Shown piece after piece: positions 8,036 to 16,021 of a DNA stretch of 32,000 bases. Both the position numbers and the translations under genes were made by a program. The stretch comes from Candidatus Calditenuaceae archaeon. Its GTDB lineage: Archaea; Thermoproteota; Nitrososphaeria_A; Caldarchaeales; Calditenuaceae. The stretch covers positions 19,518-51,517 of the forward strand of contig JANXEE010000009.1 of assembly GCA_025058225.1 (NCBI GenBank), given 5' to 3'. How positions within the stretch are numbered: the stretch's first letter is position 1; every line of letters begins with the position of its first letter. The notes beneath the pieces were generated by a model that saw only the letters and a list, made by a program, of their open reading frames with translations, ran no database searches and was not told the DNA's origin.

Positions 8036-9004
8036 GTGATAATCGATTCGTTCGCACACGTGCTTCCTAAGGACTTCGCTAAGGAGCTCCACACGACTTG
8101 GCCGTCACCTGAGTTGGCCAGTGTCTTTCAACTCGATTATTTCTGGGACCTGAACAAGAGAACCAAAGTCTTAGACAGTTTGAACATCGATGTACAGGTG
8201 GTCACGCTCGCGAGACCCGACATATGGTTAAGGGCCCCACCGAAATTAGCGAAGGAATTCGCAGTCAAGGCTAATGACGCCGTCGCCGAAACAGCGTCCA
8301 AGTCCCGAGGGAGGTTGGTGGGAGTGGGGACGATTCCAATAGTCTATCAGGGTGCAGTGGACGAGGTCAAGCGGTGCGTCGAGGAGCTCGGATTGAAGGG
8401 AATCCAGCTCTTCACACACTCCAACGGTCAGCCCATCGACTCTGTCGGTTACACGGAGATTTTCGAGTACGCTAACAATCGAGGTGTACCGATCTGGTTG
8501 CATCCCCAGACTTGGCCGCATCACGTCTGGTCCAATCAGTACGCGTTGGACAGGGTCCTAGGTTGGTTGTTTGAGACCTCGCTGGCAATGTGTAGATTGG
8601 TACTAGGCGGTATTTTGGACAGATTCCCAAACCTTAAGATCGTTACGCATCACCTGGGAGCCATGATGCCCTTCACGGACATAAGGCTGGAGGGTTTCTT
8701 CAGGACGATGACGATGTACCCCTATGCCGAGGCGAGGCAGCTGAGTGCACCCCCCGCACAGCTTCTCAGGAGGTTCTACGCTGACACCGTCGTGCTCAGC
8801 TCTTCTCACCACGCCTTTCTCTGCGGCCTCGAATTCTTCGGAAGTGACAGGGTTTTATTCGCAACCGACTATCCGTTCGGGCCCGAGGAAGGCACGTGGT
8901 GGGCGAGACACGTGATATCGACCATTAAAGGTGCCCCCATAGACGATGAGGTTCGCAGAAAGGTCTTAGGTGAGAACGCGCGCAGACTACTCGGTATAGC
9001 CTGA
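8036..9004 (+). CDS. amidohydrolase_2 superfamily enzyme, paralog 2
   Basis: MIIDSFAHVLPKDF..., VTHHLGAMMPF, LFATDYPFGPEEG. GTG start about 25 nt downstream of an A/T box at 8001-8015. Sits between a binding-protein gene and the permease genes. Confidence 0.85.
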   Translation: MIIDSFAHVLPKDFAKELHTTWPSPELASVFQLDYFWDLNKRTKVLDSLNIDVQVVTLARPDIWLRAPPKLAKEFAVKANDAVAETASKSRGRLVGVGTIPIVYQGAVDEVKRCVEELGLKGIQLFTHSNGQPIDSVGYTEIFEYANNRGVPIWLHPQTWPHHVWSNQYALDRVLGWLFETSLAMCRLVLGGILDRFPNLKIVTHHLGAMMPFTDIRLEGFFRTMTMYPYAEARQLSAPPAQLLRRFYADTVVLSSSHHAFLCGLEFFGSDRVLFATDYPFGPEEGTWWARHVISTIKGAPIDDEVRRKVLGENARRLLGIA

Positions 9005-9079
9005 AGAGGGCATCGGCTCACCTTCGGACGAACCACCATCAGCGGGAGAAAAGGTTATCAACCAATAACTAACTTTGAG

Positions 9080-9877
9080 ATGGACGTGCCGTTGGCTAGG
9101 AGGATTAAGGACGTCGCTCGGGCGGTCCTTCCCCATGTAGCATTCCTGACCATATTGTTCATAGCTGCAGACCAGCTGGTTCGGACAGGTTTGGTTAGTA
9201 GGTTCACGATACCTGCGTTTAATGACTTCCTGAACGCCCTATTGAATCTGCCGCGGAATCCCGACATGCCAGGGTCGTTCACGAACCACCTAATAATGAC
9301 CATCTACGAGCTGGGCGCAGCGGCCCTCATAGTCGTTGGTGTGGTTTTACCACTCGCACTGTTAATAGGGCTGAGGTACACAGCGCGGCGGGTGTTTGAA
9401 CCCTTGCTGCTGGCGTTCTTCGCCATCCCGTCAATAATCCTTTACCCGGTAATCTACTTGATACTGGGGATAGGACCGCCTTCAAAGATAGCCATGGGAG
9501 CGTTAGTTGGCTCAACGTACACTTTCATTTACGTCCTGAACGCCGTTAAACACTTCGATCAGTCACTGGTGAGGATGGCAAGCACCTTTACCACTTCGAG
9601 GTTCAAAATCCTCACTAAGGTGGCAATACCTTCCATAATCCCAATAATGGTATCGGCGATACAACTGGGCATATCCTACGCGATGGTCGGTGTGATAGTG
9701 GCCGAGGTCATCGCCTCCTCAACCGGATTAGGTTTCCTTATCTCGTGGTCAGAGACGACAATACGCGTGCCAGTGATGTATGCTACCATAGCTATTACAA
9801 TAATATTTGCGGCCGTTGTGTACGTGTCGCTTAAACTGTTCGAAAGGTGGGTCAGGGGGAGGATGAAGGAGATATGA
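9080..9877 (+). CDS. ABC transporter permease (TauC/SsuC-type binding-protein-dependent inner membrane component) 1
   Basis: Multi-helix hydrophobic protein. EAA-loop-like segment SLVRMASTFTTSRFKILTKVAIPSIIPIM. Its stop overlaps the next start (ATGA at 9874-9877). Confidence 0.85.
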   Translation: MDVPLARRIKDVARAVLPHVAFLTILFIAADQLVRTGLVSRFTIPAFNDFLNALLNLPRNPDMPGSFTNHLIMTIYELGAAALIVVGVVLPLALLIGLRYTARRVFEPLLLAFFAIPSIILYPVIYLILGIGPPSKIAMGALVGSTYTFIYVLNAVKHFDQSLVRMASTFTTSRFKILTKVAIPSIIPIMVSAIQLGISYAMVGVIVAEVIASSTGLGFLISWSETTIRVPVMYATIAITIIFAAVVYVSLKLFERWVRGRMKEI

Positions 9878-10671
9878 GGGTCACGGCCGGTACGAACAAG
9901 TTCATGGTCATTAACGGCTCCCGTGCAACTCTGATACTGACGTTCTTCGGTGCATGGGAATTACTAGTATCGTCAAAGATCTTGGATGAGTTCTTCATCC
10001 CTAGACCTTCCTCTGTTATTCAGAGGATAATTCAGATCGCCACCTCCGGCCAGTACCTCGATCAGATGCTAATCACCCTTTCGACGTTTTCTCTGGGTCT
10101 GCTGGCGGGCTCGCTGTTGGGCCTGTTGATGGGTTTCGTGATAGGAGGTGTGAAATACCTGCGGAACTTCATGATGGTTTACGTTCTACTCGTGGCTGCC
10201 ACGCCTAAAGTCCTGTTTTATCCGATCATCATCAAGATATTTGTCCAGCCGTTTTATTTCAAAATCGCCTTCGTTGCGCTCCATGCGTTCATCTTCGTAA
10301 CGATAGCGGTCGTTAGCGCGCTGCGTAACATGAACCCGGAGATCCTTAACATGTGCAAGACGTATGGCTGTTCAACACCGCTCAAGGTCTACAGGAAGAT
10401 CTTTTGGCCTTACGCTTTCTTCTCATTCCTAGCTGGTCTGAGAATGGCGACGATCTCTTCGTTCGTGGGCGCCGTTGTAGCCGACATGTTGATAGCGCCT
10501 GGGGTCGGCTATACCGTCAGGCTGTTAGCTTACAACTTCAAGGTCGTGGATGTCTACGCGGTGATCATACTCGTTGCGTTGTTCGCGATAACGATCAACT
10601 TCGTTTTGTTACGTGTCGAAGGCGCTGCGGGCAAAAGGCTAAGACTGGAGCTAGAGCAGGCTAGTCAATGA
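9874..10671 (+). CDS. ABC transporter permease 2
   Basis: The track ORF begins at GTG 9847, but the ATG at 9874 overlaps the upstream TGA (translational coupling). The product MRVTAGTNKFMVINGSRATLILTFFGAWELL... has an EAA-like loop, NMCKTYGCSTPLKVYRKIFWPYAFFSFLAGL. Confidence 0.8.
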   Translation: MRVTAGTNKFMVINGSRATLILTFFGAWELLVSSKILDEFFIPRPSSVIQRIIQIATSGQYLDQMLITLSTFSLGLLAGSLLGLLMGFVIGGVKYLRNFMMVYVLLVAATPKVLFYPIIIKIFVQPFYFKIAFVALHAFIFVTIAVVSALRNMNPEILNMCKTYGCSTPLKVYRKIFWPYAFFSFLAGLRMATISSFVGAVVADMLIAPGVGYTVRLLAYNFKVVDVYAVIILVALFAITINFVLLRVEGAAGKRLRLELEQASQ

Positions 10672-10692
10672 GCTAATCAAGCACATAGGATA

Positions 10693-10703
10693 CATTTATA
10701 TTG
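10693..10703 (+). promoter_or_regulatory. TATA-like box for binding protein 2
   Basis: catttatattg lies 22-32 nt upstream of ATG 10725. Confidence 0.5.
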
Positions 10704-10724
10704 TATCTGTTTTTTGTAGGCGTC

Positions 10725-11876
10725 ATGAATGGAAGTACTGGGAAAAAGATAACAAGGAGACAGGCGATCGGCAGAACGGTTGCCGGGGTAGCTAGCGCGG
10801 CTGTTATCGCGGGTGTGGGCGGTTATCTCTTGGGGTCCTCAGCAGCAGTATCGGTTACGAGGACTGTAACAGCCCCTGGTGGAGCCCAGACCATCGTAGA
10901 GACCATGACCAGAACCGTGACCGGCACAACTACCGTAACCGCCACGCCGAGGCTCGAGCCACTAACGGTAAGGTTTACAAGCACGCAGGGTGGGCGAGGA
11001 ACTGCCTCAAACAGCTTGATCGCTGAGAACAAAAGAGATATCAGCGATAGATTGGCGCTGAGCATCCAATACAATGTGGTCGAGGGCACCGGCGCGGCCG
11101 TGAAAGAGCTGGTAGAGGGAAGAGCCGATGTGATAGGACCAGTTACGGTCGCTGGGCTGGCCGGGGCTATGGAGCAGAATCCCGACCTAAAGATATTTTA
11201 CTTCACCGACATCGGGGTTTACACGACGCTACTGGTCGGCCCCAACTCGCCCTACAACTCACTCTCCGACCTGCGGACCGCGATCTCACAGGGCAGGAAG
11301 ATCAAAATAGGTTATTCAAGACCCGGGTCACTCTCCCACACCTACACGGTGATGCTGGCCCACATCTTGGGCACCAGAGTGGGTGAAGGAATAGAGGGGG
11401 TAGCTCTCGGAGCGACCGACGCGATAATCGCGGCTGCGACGCGCGGCGAGATAGATGGGTTCCCGTGGACACCTGATGTGCACTGGAGGCTCGAAGAAGA
11501 GGGGAGAGGAAGGATAATTTACTATTTCAGCGAATATTTCGGCTCCAAGTGGCACGAGCTGAGCTTCGCCTCCACGAACACGATCATCCGCAATAGACCC
11601 GAACTGATCAAGAGGTTCGTAGATTACTGGAGGGAGGTGACCCGATACTATCTCATCAACAGGGACGAGGCGATAGGGTTGATGACTTCCCAACCCCCAA
11701 GAGGCTACGGTATGAGCAGGAACGTAGCAGAGCGGTACTATTCGACCTACATGCCGAACTACGTGGGAGCTCCCAACAGAGACGCTCTGGTGAACGTGGA
11801 TTACTTCGCTAAACTAAGCGGCGTGGCGAGGAACCCACCGCCTCCAGAGCAGTGGTACACGAGCCAGTTCATCTGA
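10725..11876 (+). CDS. ABC transporter substrate-binding protein, NMT1/SsuA-like, paralog 2
   Basis: The ATG at 10725 (track start is TTG 10701) lies about 25 nt downstream of catttatattg (10693-10703). Has an RR motif KKITRRQAIGRT, a TM helix and a TRTVT-repeat linker. Paralogous to 6763 and 11987. Confidence 0.85.
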   Translation: MNGSTGKKITRRQAIGRTVAGVASAAVIAGVGGYLLGSSAAVSVTRTVTAPGGAQTIVETMTRTVTGTTTVTATPRLEPLTVRFTSTQGGRGTASNSLIAENKRDISDRLALSIQYNVVEGTGAAVKELVEGRADVIGPVTVAGLAGAMEQNPDLKIFYFTDIGVYTTLLVGPNSPYNSLSDLRTAISQGRKIKIGYSRPGSLSHTYTVMLAHILGTRVGEGIEGVALGATDAIIAAATRGEIDGFPWTPDVHWRLEEEGRGRIIYYFSEYFGSKWHELSFASTNTIIRNRPELIKRFVDYWREVTRYYLINRDEAIGLMTSQPPRGYGMSRNVAERYYSTYMPNYVGAPNRDALVNVDYFAKLSGVARNPPPPEQWYTSQFI

Positions 11877-11884
11877 TTCTATAA

Positions 11885-11900
11885 CCTTTCTCTTTATTTT
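11885..11900 (+). terminator. T-rich tract after binding protein 2
   Basis: cctttctctttatttt begins 9 nt after TGA (11874-11876). Confidence 0.3.
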
Positions 11901-11952
11901 GGACATCGTCACCCGTAGAATAGAGCTGGCTATGGTTATTTGGGAGATGTGC

Positions 11953-11967
11953 AAATCTATATATACC
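11953..11967 (+). promoter_or_regulatory. TATA/BRE-like box for binding protein 3
   Basis: aaatctatatatacc lies 20-34 nt upstream of ATG 11987. Confidence 0.55.
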
Positions 11968-11986
11968 GGTTCACTGCTAACATGAC

Positions 11987-13162
11987 ATGCCCGATTTTAC
12001 ATCACAAGGCCCCTCATATATCTCAAGACGCAAAGCTTTAGGGAAGATGCTAGCCGGGGTCGTCGGATCGGCGGTCGTGGCTGGTGCAGGAGGTTATGCT
12101 CTGGGACTCAACCTCGGAAGGGGAGAGCAGGTGATCACCGTCACGCAGCAGCGCGACATAGTGAGGCAGACTATGCTGACGACGGTCAGACATATGGTCA
12201 CTCAATCCGTGACACCGACCCTTCAGCCCATTAGAGTACGCCTGACCACGTCTCAGGGTGCTCTGGGTCTAGCACCCTATCAACTGATAGCGTATAAGGA
12301 CTTCAATGAGGGTCAGCAGATCGCCAAAAATGCAGGCCTCACTATAGAGGGATTCAACATCGTGAGAGGTGGTGGAGAGGTAATGAAAGACCTCCTAGAG
12401 GGAAGAGCTGATCTGGTACCTGGACTTGAGATCATGCAGGCTGCCTCCCAGATCGAACAAACGGGCGGGGCCGTTAAGATCTTCTATTTCTGCGAATATG
12501 GCAACTACTACTCATTAGTGGTCTCTCCGGACTCACAGTACAGATCGATCGATGATTTGAAGCGGACTGTGAGAGAGGGGAAGAGATTGAAAGTCGGTTT
12601 CTCAAGACCAGGCTCTTTGTCCAACGCCTATATCTACATACTCAGTAACATCCTCAATACTAGAATTGGTGAAGGAATAGAACCGGTGTCTTTAGGTGAG
12701 TTCGACGCCATAGCTGCAGCCCTTAGTAGGGGCGAGATCGATTGCTTCCCGTGGAGCGTCAGCAGGACTTGGGGTTTAGAGGAGCGTGGTAGAGGACGGA
12801 TTATCTTCTATTTCAGTGATTATCTGGGAAACAGGTGGCACGATTTGTGTATTGCAACCACTACCGACTACATGTCGAAGAATCAGGAGGCGATAAGACG
12901 ATTTGTGAATTACTGGAGAGAGCTGGTCAGAATCTGGCAGACCAACCCCGACCTGTCCATTTCGCTTCTGAAGGCTGAGCCACCGACTGGGATAGGTCTT
13001 ACCGACAGCTCCGCTAGAAGGTGGTACAGCACTCTCACCCCGAACCCAATAGGTGCACCACTCCGAGAGGCTTTGGTTGAAGTGGACAAGTACGCCAAAC
13101 TTATCGGTCTCACGAAGAACCCGCCACCTCCTGACCAGTGGTACACCACACAATTCCTTTAA
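11987..13162 (+). CDS. ABC transporter substrate-binding protein, NMT1/SsuA-like, paralog 3
   Basis: ATG preceded by aaatctatatatacc (11953-11967). Has the RR motif ISRRKALGKM, a TM helix and a T/V/Q-rich linker. Same conserved blocks as paralogs 1 and 2. Confidence 0.85.
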   Translation: MPDFTSQGPSYISRRKALGKMLAGVVGSAVVAGAGGYALGLNLGRGEQVITVTQQRDIVRQTMLTTVRHMVTQSVTPTLQPIRVRLTTSQGALGLAPYQLIAYKDFNEGQQIAKNAGLTIEGFNIVRGGGEVMKDLLEGRADLVPGLEIMQAASQIEQTGGAVKIFYFCEYGNYYSLVVSPDSQYRSIDDLKRTVREGKRLKVGFSRPGSLSNAYIYILSNILNTRIGEGIEPVSLGEFDAIAAALSRGEIDCFPWSVSRTWGLEERGRGRIIFYFSDYLGNRWHDLCIATTTDYMSKNQEAIRRFVNYWRELVRIWQTNPDLSISLLKAEPPTGIGLTDSSARRWYSTLTPNPIGAPLREALVEVDKYAKLIGLTKNPPPPDQWYTTQFL

Positions 13163-13242
13163 CGGAAGCTGTCCAACACCATCAAAGTCTTCACGGCTAA
13201 GGAAGGTTAGGATGAGAACTTTATTCTAGTGGTGAAGTAAGA

Positions 13243-13252
13243 CTTATATACC
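13243..13252 (+). promoter_or_regulatory. TATA-like box for the TPP enzyme / amidohydrolase 3 pair
   Basis: cttatatacc lies 28-37 nt upstream of ATG 13280. Confidence 0.5.
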
Positions 13253-13279
13253 AACCAACTTTGTCCGCCGCGAAAGAGA

Positions 13280-14944
13280 ATGCGTGGGTATGAAGCGTTC
13301 CTATCGACGCTAGAGGAATTGGACCTCACGACTATTTTCGGGAACCCGGGATCGACCGAGGTACCATGGCTCGACGAACTTCCTCGTTATGAGAAATTGA
13401 GGTTCGTTCTAACGCTCCACGAGTCCATCGCGGTTAACATGGCTGATGGATACGCCCAAGCTAGAAGAAGCCCATCAGTCGCATCGGTTCACGCCAGTCC
13501 TGGACTTCTTCACTCGCTGGGAGCCCTCTACAACGCCAAAATAGCAGGCTCACCAGTGATAGCAATCGCCGGACAGGTCGATAGCAGGATCCTCTCGCGA
13601 GATCCATTCTTGGCATCGGACATCGTCTCAGCCGCGAAGGGGTATGCGAAGTGGACGTGGGAGCTCAGGAGAGCAGATGAGATCAGATACGTGCTTAGGA
13701 GAGCTGCAAAGGTAGCGATGGATCCTCCCACTGGCCCCGTGATGATCTCGGTGCCGAAGGACATTCTCGATGAAGAGGTCAAGGAGAACTACCCCTTGCC
13801 GACTGATTACAGGAATATGCGTTCAGGCTTCGGTGGAGACGACAGGTCGATACAGAGGGCAGTCGAGTTGCTGTTGAAGGCGGAGAGCCCTGCAATGATA
13901 TGTGGTCCCGAAGTGAGGTGGTACGGCGCCGTTGACAAGTGCGTGAAGCTTGCGGAGTTGCTGGCTATGAAAGTGTATGACGACATAAGATATGGTGTTT
14001 ATTATCCCGTCAATCATCACTGCTATTTCGGATTTTTCACTAGAGAAGATTTGAAAAGTCATGATTTGATATTGGTAGTAGGGCAGAGGATGTTCTACGA
14101 AATTACTCGTGAACAGATACCGTTGGTTGGTGAAGGCGCCGAACTCATCCACATCACTTCGGACCCAATGGAGCTAGGTAAGAACTACGAGGCCTCGTGC
14201 TGCATATTCGGAGATTCAGCTACCGTTATGGAGAAACTGCTCGAGAGCTGTTCCAAGAGGTTATCGACTGAATCTGAAAAACTCGAAAATCGCAGGAAGT
14301 CTCTGGAAAACCATAAAAAGGAATTGCTGGAGTACAACAGGAAGGAATTAGAGGAATACTTCGATAGGAAGCCGGTCTCGGCGCACCGGGTGGTGAATGA
14401 GGTAAACAGAGTGTTCGGCGACGGCGACGAATTGAACGTAGTGGTTGAAGCCGTTACGTCGCAGCCGTTCATAAGGAGATTGATGAAGTCATTCAACGGC
14501 TACAACTATTTCGTCAATCCCGGAGCGACGCTGGGCTGGGGAGTTGCCGCCTCCGTTGGGGTAAAGCTTGCTGAAGAAGACAAAAAAGTCTTGTGCTTCT
14601 CTGGTGACGGGGCCTTCATGTATTATCCACAATCACTCTGGACGGCAGCGAGAGTCGGTGTAAAGGTGGTTGTGATAGTGATGAATAACAGAGCGTACAT
14701 GAATGACAAGTTACACATACAGAGCAGGAGAGGTACGTCATTTAGGGCTGGAGCCTATGATGCTGTTGAGATAAATAATCCACCAGTCACAATCGAGCAG
14801 ATAGCAAAGGGGATCGGATGCAACGCAGCAACAGTGAGAGATCCGGGCGAGCTTTCAACTGCACTTGAGCTGGCATCCTCCAGTAGCTCCTCGTTCGTCG
14901 TTGACGTGCACATAGACCCTAGTATTGTGGATCGGAGGCGTTGA
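13280..14944 (+). CDS. thiamine-diphosphate-dependent decarboxylase, benzoylformate decarboxylase (MdlC)-like
   Basis: The N-terminus TTIFGNPGSTEVPWL...ADGYAQARRSP...AGQ... is collinear with Pseudomonas benzoylformate decarboxylase as I recall it. ThDP motif GDGAFMYYPQSLWTAARVGVKVVVIVMNNRAY. A K/E-rich, low-GC stretch (KRLSTESEKLENRRKSLENHKKELLEYNRKELEEYF, about nt 14255-14365) seems longer than the equivalent linker in BFD; this is a by-eye judgement. Confidence 0.8.
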   Translation: MRGYEAFLSTLEELDLTTIFGNPGSTEVPWLDELPRYEKLRFVLTLHESIAVNMADGYAQARRSPSVASVHASPGLLHSLGALYNAKIAGSPVIAIAGQVDSRILSRDPFLASDIVSAAKGYAKWTWELRRADEIRYVLRRAAKVAMDPPTGPVMISVPKDILDEEVKENYPLPTDYRNMRSGFGGDDRSIQRAVELLLKAESPAMICGPEVRWYGAVDKCVKLAELLAMKVYDDIRYGVYYPVNHHCYFGFFTREDLKSHDLILVVGQRMFYEITREQIPLVGEGAELIHITSDPMELGKNYEASCCIFGDSATVMEKLLESCSKRLSTESEKLENRRKSLENHKKELLEYNRKELEEYFDRKPVSAHRVVNEVNRVFGDGDELNVVVEAVTSQPFIRRLMKSFNGYNYFVNPGATLGWGVAASVGVKLAEEDKKVLCFSGDGAFMYYPQSLWTAARVGVKVVVIVMNNRAYMNDKLHIQSRRGTSFRAGAYDAVEINNPPVTIEQIAKGIGCNAATVRDPGELSTALELASSSSSSFVVDVHIDPSIVDRRR

Positions 14945-14949
14945 GTCGA

Positions 14950-15969
14950 ATGATCATAGACTCCTATACTCATATCACACCCATAAGATACTTGAAATCG
15001 CTTAGGGCGAGTGCGGGCGCAAGAGCCGAGGATGCCATTAGGAGGCTCGAGGACATCGGAACGCGATACAAACAATATTGGGACGTCGAAGCCAGAATCG
15101 AATTGCTGAAGAGGTATGGGATAGACATGCAGGCTGTATCGGTACATAATATCATCGATCCAAACTCATCTGGCCTCAGGGGTGAGAACCTGATAAAACT
15201 TTGCGCTTCAGTTAACGACGAAATCTCAGCGATTTGTGAGAGATCGAGGGGAGCCCTGATAGGTATCGGGGCTGCACCATTGTGGAGCATTGACGACGGT
15301 GGAGCTGATGAGATGAGGAGGGCTGTCGAGGATTTGGGCCTGAAGGGCTTCATGATACTGACCAACGTTGATGGCATCCCAGCCGATAAGTTCGGAAAGT
15401 TTTGGCAGGAAGCAGACAGGTTGTCGTGTGTCGTTCACCTCCACCCTGCAGACCCGAACGAATCTTCAGGTCGTGAATACGAGGACGAGTATGATATGAC
15501 ACACGTCTTCGGATGGCCTTTCGAGACCACTTTGATACTCACCAGGCTCGTCTTCTCGGGGACCTTGAAGAGGAACCCACGGGTGAGGGTGGTAAGCCAT
15601 CACGCAGGAGGTATGATACCCTTCTTCGCTGGCAGAATCAGCGAGTCGTATTCCGCTAAAACCGTGCAGATAAGACCTGATCAGACCTCTGACATCTTAG
15701 CGTCTGGAGACCCGTTCGACGACTTCCGGTCCGGGCAAATATACTACGATACTGCAGTTGGAGGTAACCCTCACGCAGTCAAATGCGCGATAAATGTCTT
15801 CGGACACGACAAGATGGTCTTCGCGACCGACTTCCCGTGGGGACCTAATGGAGGAATTCACAGACTTGAAAGGTATCCTAAGATAATATCGTCGTTAGAA
15901 CTCGAAGAGGATCAATTGGAGTGCGTTTTCTACAAAAACGCTTCGAAACTGTTTAGACTAAGTTTGTAA
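14950..15969 (+). CDS. amidohydrolase_2 superfamily enzyme, paralog 3
   Basis: The track ORF starts at TTG 14941. The ATG at 14950 gives MIIDSYTHITP, matching paralog 2 (MIIDSFAHVLP). Also VSHHAGGMIPFF and VFATDFPWGPNGG. The start lies 6 nt after the TPP-enzyme stop (14942-14944). Confidence 0.85.
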   Translation: MIIDSYTHITPIRYLKSLRASAGARAEDAIRRLEDIGTRYKQYWDVEARIELLKRYGIDMQAVSVHNIIDPNSSGLRGENLIKLCASVNDEISAICERSRGALIGIGAAPLWSIDDGGADEMRRAVEDLGLKGFMILTNVDGIPADKFGKFWQEADRLSCVVHLHPADPNESSGREYEDEYDMTHVFGWPFETTLILTRLVFSGTLKRNPRVRVVSHHAGGMIPFFAGRISESYSAKTVQIRPDQTSDILASGDPFDDFRSGQIYYDTAVGGNPHAVKCAINVFGHDKMVFATDFPWGPNGGIHRLERYPKIISSLELEEDQLECVFYKNASKLFRLSL

Positions 15970-16021
15970 ACATCTTGATATTGAACAGATCAATGACGTC
16001 AGAAATTGATTTATTATAAAT

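Noticed and set aside
6763-13162. Reading the NMT1/THI5-like binding proteins plus the nearby YkoE-type transporter as a thiamine/HMP salvage locus.
   Set aside because: No thiamine biosynthesis or salvage enzymes (TenA, ThiD, ThiC, YlmB-type deformylase) are present. The co-clustered enzymes are aromatic-type. The ECF operon lies outside the low-GC island on the opposite strand. This remains a minor alternative until ligands are known.
15970-16021. Short inverted repeats ATTGA-N5-TCAAT and TCAAT-N10-ATTGA around the palindrome TGACGTCA, between the convergent amidohydrolase 3 and the gene remnant.
   Set aside because: The stems are only 5 bp in an A/T-rich spacer, which is compatible with chance. 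At most this is a weak bidirectional terminator, which is not enough to call a feature.
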